DNA of 63,241 bases, counting the filler, from Chiloscyllium plagiosum (lineage: Eukaryota), in the NCBI RefSeq assembly GCF_004010195.1. It is 4 parts of one record of this genome, joined end to end, with 100 filler letters (N's around TTAATTAATTAA, not from the genome) between each part and the next. Parts side by side here need not be neighbours in the genome. Positions count along the whole stretch, not along the records: positions 31,532 to 56,552 come from NC_057710.1; 3 more parts are not named here. One strand, given 5' to 3'. This document shows positions 35,436 to 47,699 of this stretch, piece by piece. Position 1 is the stretch's first letter. Each line of letters starts with the position of its first letter. Made by a program: the position numbers and the translations under genes. A model generated the notes under the pieces. That model was not told where the DNA came from. It did not search any database and was given only the letters and a program-made list of their open reading frames with translations.

Positions 35436-38400
35436 TAAGTCTACAATTCCGTGACATGTTTTGATCAATAAATCAGTTATATCATCATCTTGCAGGTTGG
35501 GGGTCAAGAACAATTAACTATGCCTAATCTTTAATGTACAGGTAGGTTTAGATACTCATTTTTCTACCTAAATATTATTTTTATATAGTCAAGAGAAGTA
35601 ATAACACAACAAATCACTGAAATACTAATACCCATTTCCAATCCTTGCCTTCATCTCATACTAGGCTTAGCTCACTTCTAATTAAACTAATTTGCCACCT
35701 TCTCATGAAGTCCATATGCTTAATCCAACAGTCTGTGGTACTCTGCCAAAACCTTTCTATTTTTATTTAATTAAAATTAAAGCAGATCAAGAATACACAA
35801 TTAAACTGCACTGTCACCCCATCCATGGGTGTTCCTAATACCAAAATGGGCTAAATGGTCTTCACATCCTATAAACCTTTATGTGAGAAACTGAAATTAC
35901 AAAAGAAGCACTAACAACCCAATTTCAGAATGCTTTAGAACTAACTGGAACTCATTTTAGTAGGGTTAAGCATTATCAAAGAATTTGATAGACTCAATTA
36001 CCCAAACACCTACATAAATATTCATTTTCAAAAATTATAACAATTCTTAGATTACAAGTTGCATAGTTAAGGACAGATGTGATTAAAAATATTTTTAAAA
36101 TAAATTCTATAAAATCACTAAGGATCAGATCTGAATAGCAGCAACATAATTGAAATATATTAAATTTAGTCAGTATACTTAGTTCTTAATTAAAGCTACT
36201 CAATCTACATTCTGATAATTAAACTTTTAAACCCCAAGCCCTCAGGTAGCTATGTTGCTTATTTTGACAATGCAAGTTAATCAAAATTTCAACTTCTTAC
36301 TTCATATGAGCACCATGCTATGGCTAGATGGTCTAAAAGTTTCCATGGCTTAATGCAGAAATGTTGAGTGTATAAATGTGCAATCATTATTTAAACCTGT
36401 AGGGGGAGGTATTGGTTTCAAAAACAAACTTGAAAGCTAATTAATGTTAGCCTGATAAAACACTGAATTAACATGTAGGGTAAAAGAGACAGAGATATGA
36501 AAGTCAATGCCAAGGTTTGTGTCAACTACAATATTTAATCCAGTTAATTACTACTTTATCATTATCCTTTGAATCAACAGAAAAGCAGTTAAGTAAAACC
36601 CTTCAACTCCAAACCTCATCTCAACTTTAATCCAAATACATCCAAAACAGTGAAATGCAAGGCGAAGGGTGAGTACTTTCCTCCTGCAGAGTGTGAGATT
36701 AGTGTATCATGAATCTATAGATCTCAATGGCAGTGAAAGCCTCCAGTGGTTCAAGTCATACCTGACAAAGAGCACATGGTCACGTTTGTCAAGGGCCAAT
36801 TAACGTAGTCCCAGGACATTACAGCCAGAATTCTTGAAGACAAGATCAAACGTGAGGTCCATTTGCTGATACTTGTACATGGAAGAGTTCTGGAACTCCT
36901 CCAATAATGAATTAGCCTCTGTCAGCCAATGAACTGTATCAAGTCAGTATTTACTCTCCTGCTTTACCACTTCCAAAATACATAGCTTTCCCTGATCTTC
37001 AACATCATCATCACTAATTCCCCATTCATCAGTAACCCGGGAATCAACAGTGACTCAGGATATCAATTCCAGGGCACAAGAGTATTGTTGCTGACGAGAA
37101 TGCATTGCCCAATTCCATGGCTGTGACAGAAAACCTCAACTTGTTTAAAAGGCACCTGGATCTGCACCTGAAGCTTTGCAATCTGCAAGGCTATGAACTA
37201 GGTGGTTGAAAGTGCGATCAGAATAAACAGCTGGTTTATTCAGCCAGTGCAGATATAAAAGGCTGAATGTCCCTTTTTTGAGCTTTAACTTTTCTACAGT
37301 TCCATGTCATTTTCCTATGTTCTTCAATAGAGCTCTATTGGTCAATAAGATTCAAATCAGGAGCATAACAATTCCTTTCGAAATGTGCAAGGTAATGAAA
37401 ATCTGAGAGGCAAACATGTTTCGTATATTGGTGTACACAATACTAAAGAGGTGTTAGTATTATAGCTGATAAGGAAATACTGAGGAATAATCTCGAATTT
37501 AGATATGAGAGCACTTCTAAAAATATCCATTATACAGTGCCCATCATGACTAGGATACAAAGGAGAAAAAAAACTGCAGCTTCTAAGGCTTTCTTTGCAC
37601 TTTCAATGAAGGAACCAGTATTCCACAGTGGAGGGCAAGGCAACAACGCACTCATGCCTTATACTGCTGGATCACAAACACAAATACCACGGATCATGGA
37701 AATCTAATAAACTCAGAATGCTGGAGAAACTCAGCAGGCCCGGCAGCATCTTTGAGGAGAAAACAGATAACTTTAAGTCAGGTATAACACTTCTCCCAGT
37801 TTGATTTTCCAAATCATAGACAATCAGTACACAGATCATGAGGGGCTTCTGCTGTCAGCTGACTTGTTGAGGAGGATTAAGCATCCTTGGCATTGACAAA
37901 ATTCTGCCTTTTGGAAAAGAAAAAAAATCGCACAGGAATGTTGGGTCTTCTTGAAGGTGTAGACCCTGCCAAAAAAACCTATCAGGCAATGAGACACCAT
38001 AATACATTCACCTCCCTTGCAATCTAATACCTGAGCCAGGTCTGCTCTCAAGTACTTTAAGGAACTGTTAATGAGTAACCAGTTTTCCTGATCATTAATG
38101 GGGCCCAATGACAAAGGGCTGAATTATCACTCCTGGAGCACAGAGGTAGGGCAATTCCCAACTCCACAAACCTTACTCGAGACCAAATACCCTGGACAGG
38201 CAGATTTTTAATCTGGCAGGTATTCATTGCAGTCTGACCTACTGCTACCAGAAAATGCATAAAAGAAGCTAAAAGGACTGGGTTCATCCACATTTTATAC
38301 ACATTGTCGGCTTTTTTTAAAAATAATCCCAAACAGATCATGGCCTCATCCAAAAAATTAATTTTTGACTAGAGGCATCTCTTTATCTATCCAAAAGCAC

Positions 38401-38594
38401 ATCCTACCTCTCCATAAACCTCTTGATTGATCAAGTGTACAAATCATGTTTTGGATATCCCCATGACTGAACTGTGCACCTGAATGAAGGCAGCTACACT
38501 TTAATGTGTGCAGTTTCTTCAGTAGCCCATGGATATGCAAATTACAGTTACTTTCCCCCACTCACTCCCCAGCTCCACAGCAAAACTTTTAAGT

Positions 38595-39318
38595 GCAGAC
38601 TTGTACACTTAATGATAAAATTCTAAGGAGTGAGCCAAACAAGGAGACTTTAGAGCGCAGGTTCATAGTTCCTTCAAAGTGGATAGGTAGACAGGGTAGT
38701 GAAGAAGTGTTTGGTACACTTGCCTTTATTGGTCAGTGCATTGAGTATAGAGTTGAGAGGTCATGCTGCGGCTATACAGAACATTGGTTAGGCCATGTTT
38801 GGAATATTGCTTTCAGTTTTGGTCTCCCTGCTATTGGAAGGATCCTGCAAAACTTGAAAGGGTTCAGAAAAGATTTACAAGTACATTATCAGGGTTAGCG
38901 GGTTTGAGCCATAGGGAGAGGCTGAACAGGCGGGGGCTATTTTTCTTGGAGTGTCAGAGGTAAGGGGTGACCTTACAGAGGTTTAAAAAAAATCATGAGC
39001 GCCATGGATAGGGTGAATGGTCAAGGCCTTTTTCCCAGGGTAAGGGAGTACAAAATTAGACAGGATAGATTTAAGGTGAGGGGAAAGATTTAAAAGGGAC
39101 ACAGGTGGCAACCTTTCCAAGCAGACAGTGTTAAGTGTATGGAATGAACTGCCGAGGAAGTGATGAAGACATCTGGATGGGTATATGAACAGGAAGAGTT
39201 TAGAGGGATATGGGCCAAATGCTGGCAAGCAGGGCTGGATTAATTTAGGGTATCTGGTCGGTATGGATGAGTTGGACCAAAGGGTCTGTTTCCGCGCTGT
39301 ATATCTCTATGACTCTAT
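38595..39318 (+). mobile_element. CR1/HER1 LINE 3' fragment
   Basis: LYRTLVRPCLEYCFQFWSP; 3' atctctatgactctat. Confidence 0.9.
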
Positions 39319-40900
39319 GTGCTGGAATCAGGAATGCCTTTTCTGGCCTTCAATCTCACTTTGACTAAGTTGGAGACACGCCCTTCTGTCATGGTGAAAA
39401 TCCAGGCCAAAGTTTGTAACAGAATTGAGATCCTTCCTACTCAGCAGCAGACAATATCACGTCAATGTCCCTAAAAAGGTTTAAAATAGCCTCAAGCACA
39501 TGTTAACACTAAAGGTGCAAGTACTACTTGTGGAATTCAGTTAAAATGGCACACCCTCAAAGCAAGGCACTGGCAAACTACATTCTACTTTCTAAATAAA
39601 AGCTTTAGAATCACAAAAGAATGGGTTTGAAGGCAAGCTATATCAGTAAATGAGCTACCCACATCAAATTCGGGATGTTTGTTTTCAAAACTACCATACT
39701 GATTGATTCTTTAAAATAGTGAGATGCATGTGCATTCTGTCTTACACTGAACTCAACAAAAATCAGGGAAAATGTCATCACAGACAGTTGTGCAATAAAA
39801 AAAAAGGAGTTCTGGAGAACATCACTCCATCCCAAAGGATCCATTATACAACAGGTTCTAATTGACTAACGTAGACAATAAAGGTTATAAACAATAAACC
39901 AGAGATCATACCATCAGGAGGCAGAACAAGTTTCAAGGTTATGTTCAACAGCTGTTTTCCAATCAATGAGGGAAAAAAAAACTTCTCAACCCAAAAACCC
40001 AACTGTAATTAAAAGATAAAAGTGTTGTACTTGGGAAACAGAAATTACAATTACAAAAAAAAAGGCAACAGCACAAAGTAGTGAAAACACTATTAAAACC
40101 AGCATTGACAAAAATGAACACACACAAATTGGATTGAAATTTTGACACAATATGTAATTACTGCCTTTCTATTGCTCCTCATGCTTCATAAAAATACTGC
40201 ACAGATTCCTTACCCTTGAAGTGGCAAAAATAATTTCTTGGTGCATCCTCCACGGTCCAGCCTCAACCAGAGTTGACTTCCCAACCAATCAGCACCCTTT
40301 TGTCACGCAGTATTAGGTGGTGCTCCCTTCAAATTTTGGCATTCTTGTGCCTATCCTGATGAGTACGATAGGAAAAGTTTTGCCAACCTTTTTTTAAAGC
40401 AATGCAAAAGCTATGTTTCCTACTCATTCTCTTCCCTCTTCTTCCCTCAAGTTTTGGTGCAAGATTTCTGGGCCAATTAGGGATAGGCAATTGATGCTGG
40501 CTTGGCCAGCAATGCCCACATTCTATGAATCCATTGAAAAAGAAATCTCAGACAATGCACTTTTTTCTCCCCAGGTGAAAGCACTAACAAGCAAAATGTA
40601 TGGAGAATTCTGCTTAATTAGATACTGGGACGAGATTAAAAAACATTCAAGTTGAACTTTAATTTTAAAATCCCCCCCCCCATGGAAATACATTTGGTCT
40701 CTGCACATCACCTTCATTTTTGATTGGTAAACAGTAAGTGTTAACCTTGTAAGGAAGTAGAAGACTCTAATCTGCAGCCACCAGTCATTAGCACAAGTTG
40801 CAATAGGTGCCCAAAAGATAACATTCATAAAAATATGTAGCGCTATTAAAACTTCGTATCTGAAACACACCCTGAGCAGAATTCTGAGAGTATACAATAC

Positions 40901-41060
40901 CTTTGCTTGATTTATGGCTTCATTCCGAAGACGCTGTTTATTCCTCTGTAATTTATTAGGCATCATCGTCCCGGTTCGAAAGTCAAAGCTATTGAGATCG
41001 AAACTGTTTCCGAGATAGCGAGCCAGTTGAGGCTTACTCCTGAATTTCTTACCACTTGGG
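40901..41060 (-). CDS. MBD2: MBD2 coding exon 2 (C-terminal half of methyl-CpG-binding domain and start of IDR)
   Basis: Translates (S)PSGKKFRSKPQLARYLGNSFDLNSFDFRTGTMMPNKLQRNKQRLRNEAINQAK, matching vertebrate MBD2. Polypyrimidine tract plus AG acceptor (ttttctttcag) and GT donor (AAG|gtattg). 160 nt, ending in phase 0. Confidence 0.95.
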
Positions 41061-41189
41061 CTGAAAGAAAAAAAAAATTGTTCTAGTACCAGTTGATGAT
41101 ACATGCCATTATAGCCCCAGCAATGCATACTAGGGCTTAAATCAAGAAAAAGTGTAAGAGATAGAATACATGTATATAACATATATAGA

Positions 41190-42385
41190 TCACATGGGAT
41201 CCGGGGGAGCTAGCCAATCAGATATAAAACTGGCTTCAAGGTAAGAGACAGAGGATAATGGTAGAGAGTTGCTTTTAAGGGGGCTCCTATTGTGCAGAGG
41301 TTAAATCCCTCTCCCTGGACTGAGGGGCCCTGGTTCAAGAACCACCTCCTCCAGAGGTGTGTAATAACATCTGAGCAGGTCGATTAGACAAAAAGAAAGT
41401 ATCTTTTCAGACTGGAGGCCTGTGACTAGTGGTGTGCCACAAGGATCAGTGCTGGGTTCACTGCTTTTTGTCATTTATATAAATAATTTGGATGTAAATA
41501 TGGCAAGTATAGTTAGCAAGTCTGCAGATGACACCAAAATAGGTGATGTTTTGGACAGACAGGGTTACCTCAGCGTACAACAGGACCTTGATCAGATGGG
41601 CCAAGGAATGGCAGACGGCATTTAATTTAGATAAACGTGAGGGTGTTGCACTTTGTTAATGCAAATCAGGGTAGGACTTATACAGTAAATGGTAGGGCCT
41701 GGGGGAGTATTGCCGAACAAAGAGACGTACGGGTGCAGGTACATATTTCCTTGAAAGCAGAGTGGCAGATATTCAGGGTAGCAAAGATGTTTGCTTTCAT
41801 TGGTCAGAACATTGCACATAGTAGTTGGGACATCATGTTGTGGCTGTGCAGGACACTGGTGAAACCACTTTTAGAATAATGCATACAATTCTGGTTGCAC
41901 TTCTATAGGAAGGACATTGTCAAACTTGAGAGGGTGCAGAAAAGATTTAAAGTGGTTGCTGGGACTGAAGTGATGATGTCATAGGGAGAGGTCAGGTAGG
42001 CTGGGGTTTTGTTCCTGGAGCGACTTAGGCAGAAGGATGACTTCATAGAGATTTATAAAATCATGAGGGGCATGGATAGAGTAAACAGCCAAGGTCTTTT
42101 TCCCAGGATAGGGGAGTCCAAAACTAGAGGACAGAGGTTTAAGGTGAGAGAGAAAAGATTTAAAAGGATCCCAAGAGGTAGCTTTTTCACAAAGAGAGTG
42201 GTGCGTGTATGGGACGAGCTGCCAGTGGAAGTGGTGTAGGCAAGTACAATTATATTTAAAAGGCATCTGGATGAATATATGAAGTGGAAGGGTTTAGACG
42301 GTTATGGGCCAAATGCTGGCAAATGGGACAAGGTCAGATTGGATTGTCTGGTCGGCATGGATGAGTTGGTCCGAAGGGTCTGTTG
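41190..42385 (+). mobile_element. CR1/HER1 LINE RT and 3' end
   Basis: TSGVPQGSVLGSLLFVIYINNLD, SADDTKIG. Confidence 0.9.
41279..41390 (+). mobile_element. Short tRNA-derived SINE inserted in CR1
   Basis: A-box-like tgtgcagagg and B-box-like ggttcaagaacc. It interrupts the CR1 sequence gagagttgctttt...ttttcagactggagg. Confidence 0.55.
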
Positions 42386-42739
42386 CACAGAGTGCTTTTG
42401 CCCTCTTCTACTGTTAGGTCAGCATCAATTTTTCACTCCAGGAAATCCAAGGTGTAAGTTTTTTTTTTGAGAAACGGGAGTTACAGCTAAAAATCAACAT
42501 AAATCCCATTATCATACCTACTTGGCATAGATAAAGGAGTCTGTGACAGCTAGCAGCTTTGCAATTGGTAGGATCAGCATCAATCACAACAGTAAGAATG
42601 TCAGTAAAGCTAATGAAAGCATATATCACTGTAGAATGAACAAACACTGATACAAAGATCCCAATCTAATCCAGAGAAGAACACTTCACAATTGTACTTC
42701 CAGTTCCTCATTTTTAATTCCATCTTGTAGACAGTATAC

Positions 42740-42955
42740 ACTGCTGAAGGGAGTGGATGTTTGCACATGTGGTGCCAACCACATGGGCTGCTTTGCCCTG
42801 GATGGTGTCAAGCTTCTTGAGTGTTGTTGGGAGAGCACCCGCCCAGTCATACTCCTGACTTGTGCCTTGTAGATATGGTTAGGTTTGGGGAGTTGGAGGC
42901 GAGTTACTCACCACAGTATTCCTAGCCTCTAACCTGCCCTTGTAGCCACTGTGTT
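42740..42955 (-). mobile_element. Second-family LINE RT fragment
   Basis: Similar to 24720-24955 (gctttgccctggatggtgtcaagcttcttgagtgttg). Confidence 0.65.
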
Positions 42956-42956
42956 T

Positions 42957-43296
42957 AGAATCATAGAATCCATCCAGCGTGGAAACAGGCCATGTGGCCC
43001 AACAACTCCACACTAACCCTCCAAAGAGTATCCCACCCAGACTCTCATTCCCCTACCCTATTACTCTGCACTTCCCCTACACATCCATGAACACTAAGGG
43101 CAATTTAACATGGCCAATTCACCTAAACTGCACATCTTTGGACTGTGGGCGGAAACCAGAAACACCCAGAGGAAATCCACACAGAGACAGGGAGAAAGAG
43201 CAAACTCTACACAGTCAATTGCCTGAGGCTGGAATTAAACCTGGGTCCCTGGCACTGTGAGGCAGCAGTGCTAAATACTGGGCTACAGTGCTGCCC
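42957..43296 (-). mobile_element. HE1-type V-SINE
   Basis: V-domain and tRNA head; tagaatcatagaatc tail. Confidence 0.85.
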
Positions 43297-45205
43297 AAAA
43301 CTATGTAACAAGTTCACATGAAGTGGGCTTCAATAAGCAGTATGGTCCACTCCTGCTCCTATTTCTTAGATCCTCAGATAAATTAAAATGTAATTTTTTT
43401 GTTCAAATTCTCTAATGCACATTACATTGCAGGAATGAGTGCCCACACACATACAAGTAAATTCCCAATGCTACAGCAAAGTTATCTGGCTACAATTATG
43501 ATTTGGCACATCATCAAAAATTCAGCTACACCTGAATGCACCAAGTCTAACATTTTCTGGCATGTTTACTTGGTAACAACGTGTCCCTACATGGATTTCA
43601 ATGTTGAGACTATTGCGTTATACCATGCTTCCTAGTTTGTGGAGGACCAGGATAACACAGAGCAATTTCCTGATTGAGAAACAGAAAATAGGAACAGGAG
43701 TAGGCCACTCATCCCATGGAGTCTACCCCACCATTCATTATGACTTCTTTAACCCCCACCCCCCCCCCCCCCCCCCCCCCACCCACCCACCCAAATCAAA
43801 GTGATAATCAGAAACCAATGTATGCACAACTAGCTTTAATAGTTCTCATAAATATAAGTTATGCAAAAAAAATTCTTGATATACTGGTGAAAATCTTATA
43901 AAGTAGGGGAGATATCAGGTCCAAATGTAATTAGAATTATTTAATTAGAATCATTCACAGACAATAGTTCCTGGGCTTGCAAGATTCCATAGATATGATA
44001 ACATCAATGAACTTAACCTATCAACCAACCTCACCTAGGATCTCATAACACATTGTTCTACTGAATCACCCTGTGCATTGGATCATACTTTCCAGCAGCA
44101 TGGGCAGACTCAAACACTCCTGATTAGTGGTTCAGAGACTACACTGTCATCTCAATTCCAGTCCACTTCCATTCTTGCGCAATTTTCACAATACTGCTGC
44201 ATGAGCTAAGCTCAAACCCAGGATCCATGTAACTACAGAGCCTGCTCCTTTCTCCCTCTGGAGTATAGGCATACTTCCATCCCAACCTCACCCCAACCAA
44301 CGCACTGTCTACATTGAAGTGGATATTCTCCTTGCTAGACTCAATCCTACACAAGCTGTAGAATTCCACATCCAAAATTTCTTTTGCCTATATCGCAGAC
44401 TTCCAGCTTATTTGCTAATGAACTGACGTTTTTTTAAAATGTGTGATTTATGAATTGCTCCATAACCTTAATAAACACACATTTCAGTTGCCCTCACCAC
44501 TGAAACACTATTATTACCTATTCTTCACACCCCACTCCACAGACTCAAACCATCCTGACCCAGTAAGAAACTCAAAATGATTACAGCCATTCTGCTCAGA
44601 GTCCCGCAATATAAGGAGTAATTCATCTAATGCAACTGTGGCCTTTCCCTGTGGTCCTGTATTTGTGCAGCTTTTCAAAGAACGATCTAATTATCTTAGA
44701 AAAGCCTCAATTGAACGTCCTTCCACCACACTGTCAGGAAATAGATCCCAACTAGTTGTGGCATGAAAATTTCTCTGGTTTCTACTACCTTCAATCTGTG
44801 CTCTCTGCTTCTCGATTCTTCCAATGGAGGAAATTTCTCTTCATTTATTCCAGTCAGATTCCTCATGATAGCAAATACCTTCATCAAACCTCCTCTAAAT
44901 CTCCCCTTCTGCAAAGAAAGCAGACTAAAATCTCTAATATTTCTTAGTAATTAGTTTCTCATTCCTGACCTCCTGAATCTTGTCTGCATCAAAGCTCACA
45001 TCAGATCACATTGTAAGTGAGAAGTAACTGGGCAAAGTGAAAGGGAGGCAGAGATGAGACTGGCAAGCCAAAGCACAAAGGCTACCATAATTATAAAAGG
45101 GGGTGTTGGGAAAGGAAAGATGGACGGATAGAAGAACAGGAAGGAGGGAAATAAAGAAAAAGACAGACAGAAAGAAAAGCAGAAAGAATTTGAGTGAAGG
45201 AGAGA

Positions 45206-45955
45206 ACTTATACACTTAATGGTAAGGTCCTAGGGAGTGTTGCTGAACAAAGATACCTTGGAGTGCAGGTTCATAGCTCCTTGAAAGTGGAGTCACAGGT
45301 AGATAGGACAGTGAAGGCGGCATTTGGTATGCTTTCCTTTATTGGTCAGCGCATTGACCACAGGAGTTAGGAGGTCATGTTGCGGCTGTACAGGACATTG
45401 GTTAGGCCACTGTTGGAATATTGCGTGCAATTCTGGTCTCCTTCCTATCAGAAAGATATTGCGAAACTTGAAAGGGTTCAGAAAAGATTTATAAGGATGT
45501 TGCCAGGTTTGGAGGTTTTGAGGGAGAGGCTGAACAGGCTGGGGCTGTTTTCCCTGGAGCGTCAGAGGCTGAGGGGTGACCTCATAGAGGTTTACAAAAT
45601 TATGAGGGGCATGGATAGGATAAATAGACAAAGTCTTTTCCCTGGGGTCAGGGGGTCCAGAACTAGAGGGCATAGGTTTAGGGTGAGGGGGGAAAGATAT
45701 AAGAGAGACCTAAGGGGCAACTTTTTCACACAGTGGGTGGTACGTGTATGGAATGAGCTGCCAGAGGATGTGGTGGAGGCTGGTACAATTGCAACATTTA
45801 AGAGGCACTTGGATGGGTATATGAATAGGAAGGGTTTGGAGGGATATGGGCTGGGTGCTGGCAGGTGGGACTAGATTGGGTTAGGCTATCTGGTCGGCAT
45901 GGACAGGTTGGACCGAAGGGTCTGTTTCCATGCTGTACATCTCTAGAACTCTATA
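45206..45955 (+). mobile_element. Young CR1/HER1 LINE 3' fragment
   Basis: 165-aa open RT C-terminus LVRPLLEYCVQFWSP...WNELPEDVVEAGTIATFKRHLD. Confidence 0.92.
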
Positions 45956-47699
45956 AAACATTGGAGAATTCAAAAATGAAACAAAAGGAAATCAATTGGT
46001 TTGTTTTGAAAGAAAGAACAGGGATGTGGGTAAGATAAGAGAGAACTAGTCCTGTGATGCATGTTGAATTGAAGACACAAAACTACTAGCAAGCATATAC
46101 ATAGCCCAATTTCTTGGTAAAGGTACACTCTGCAACATTACAGCACTCTAATAACATGGCAGTGACTAATTTGCAGAGTACTGAGATTTTCTGCTTTTTT
46201 TAAAAATTGTCATTCATGACAAGACCAAAACTACAAACAGTTCACCACACTGATCACACAGATGAGTCATTCTGGAACGTAAAGGTCAGCAGTTGACACT
46301 GCAGGATGGGATACATTCAAAAGCTGCACTGGAAATAATGAAAGCTCCCAAGAAAATTAAATCCAGTTTCTCTACTTATGAGGGTCACTCTAGGTCATTA
46401 ACAAACTTGTATATTTTTCCTACATGAAGTTCAGGGACTTCAAAGCAAAAGGAAAAGCATGCTTGTTTTAAAAAAGATCTGAGTTCCATTACGTTAATTT
46501 GTAGAGTGAAAAACAATGGAATACAGGCAGTACAGCCAGACACTGCCTTAGGGAGAAGGAACACTTCTGGATGAGGGGAAACATTAAGCAGCATTTCACA
46601 AGCAGGGGAATAATACAATGCAGTTAGAATGGCAGGAAGTCATAGTTGAGCTTTTCAGAAACTTGATAACCGCAATGCTGAAAGAGTACATTAATTGGTA
46701 CTGTACATGTTCCAAAAAGATTGCTTGTAGCACAGGGAATGTAATTCTGGTGCTTTGGGATAAGGAACAGTCTGTGACTCAGGGTTTCACAGAATTCCCT
46801 CATCATGTACCACACCTCACCCTGACGTATGGCAAACTGCTGCTATGGCACCGTGGCTACAGATCACTGGAGTTACGACACCATGACTCACCAGTGATCC
46901 ACCCAGCAGTTAGACAGTCTGCAGCAGCTGTTTTATCAAGAATACATACACAGTGCATGCAGAATTATAGGGTACTGAAACACAGATAATGTGCATAAGT
47001 CTGTCAAAATTGGCTCACTTTGCACAAGTGAACCACCCAAAAATCATATTCGAATATGATGCAAGAAATGGAGGCTTCTGGGAGGTGGTACAAAAGTGTA
47101 ACTCAGTCCAGTTATCGGAGATCAAAGTGCAAGAGTGATGCTTGAACTGTTAGGTGATCAGCAACACCCTGGGTTTAGTTATGGCCTTGAAATCAGTTAC
47201 TTTTTTTGTGTATGTTTTAATTTTGCAGCTAGCACAATTGTAGAGGCAGCATTACAATCTTATAATTATGTAGTGCACTTAATGTAAGAAATGTCAAAAG
47301 ATTATTCACAGGATTGAAAGAGGGGGAGTAGAACAGGATGTGGAACCATAGTGTGGGTATTTGGCAGGGAAACGGGTACAATGGCTGAGATGACATTAAG
47401 AGTCATCTCCAAATACTGGTCAGAAATAGATTTAACAAAGTGGAAAAGCAGTTAGCAGTGGAAGGGTCAAAAAATGTTCAAACCAAGACAGCCAAAATCA
47501 TCTATTTGCTGAAATACAAAGGTTAAAACACACAAACAGAAAATAAAACCAACTAAACAGTGGAGAAGGATGCAGACATTAGATAATGTGAGATTGTGGA
47601 AAGAGTTGAAAAATTTTCATTCAAACAACTATGAGCCAGACAGAGTTGGTAGGTAAGATGGTCACCTAAGACATCAATAGGATCAAGAATAAAATGCCA

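Noticed and set aside
40523..41182. 219-aa ORF as a single-exon MBD gene or retrocopy
   Set aside because: Only 40901-41060 is MBD2-like and it is bounded by canonical splice sites; the flanks are intronic read-through.
43753..43792. Polyproline ORFs
   Set aside because: Simple poly-C tract after a CR1 3' remnant.
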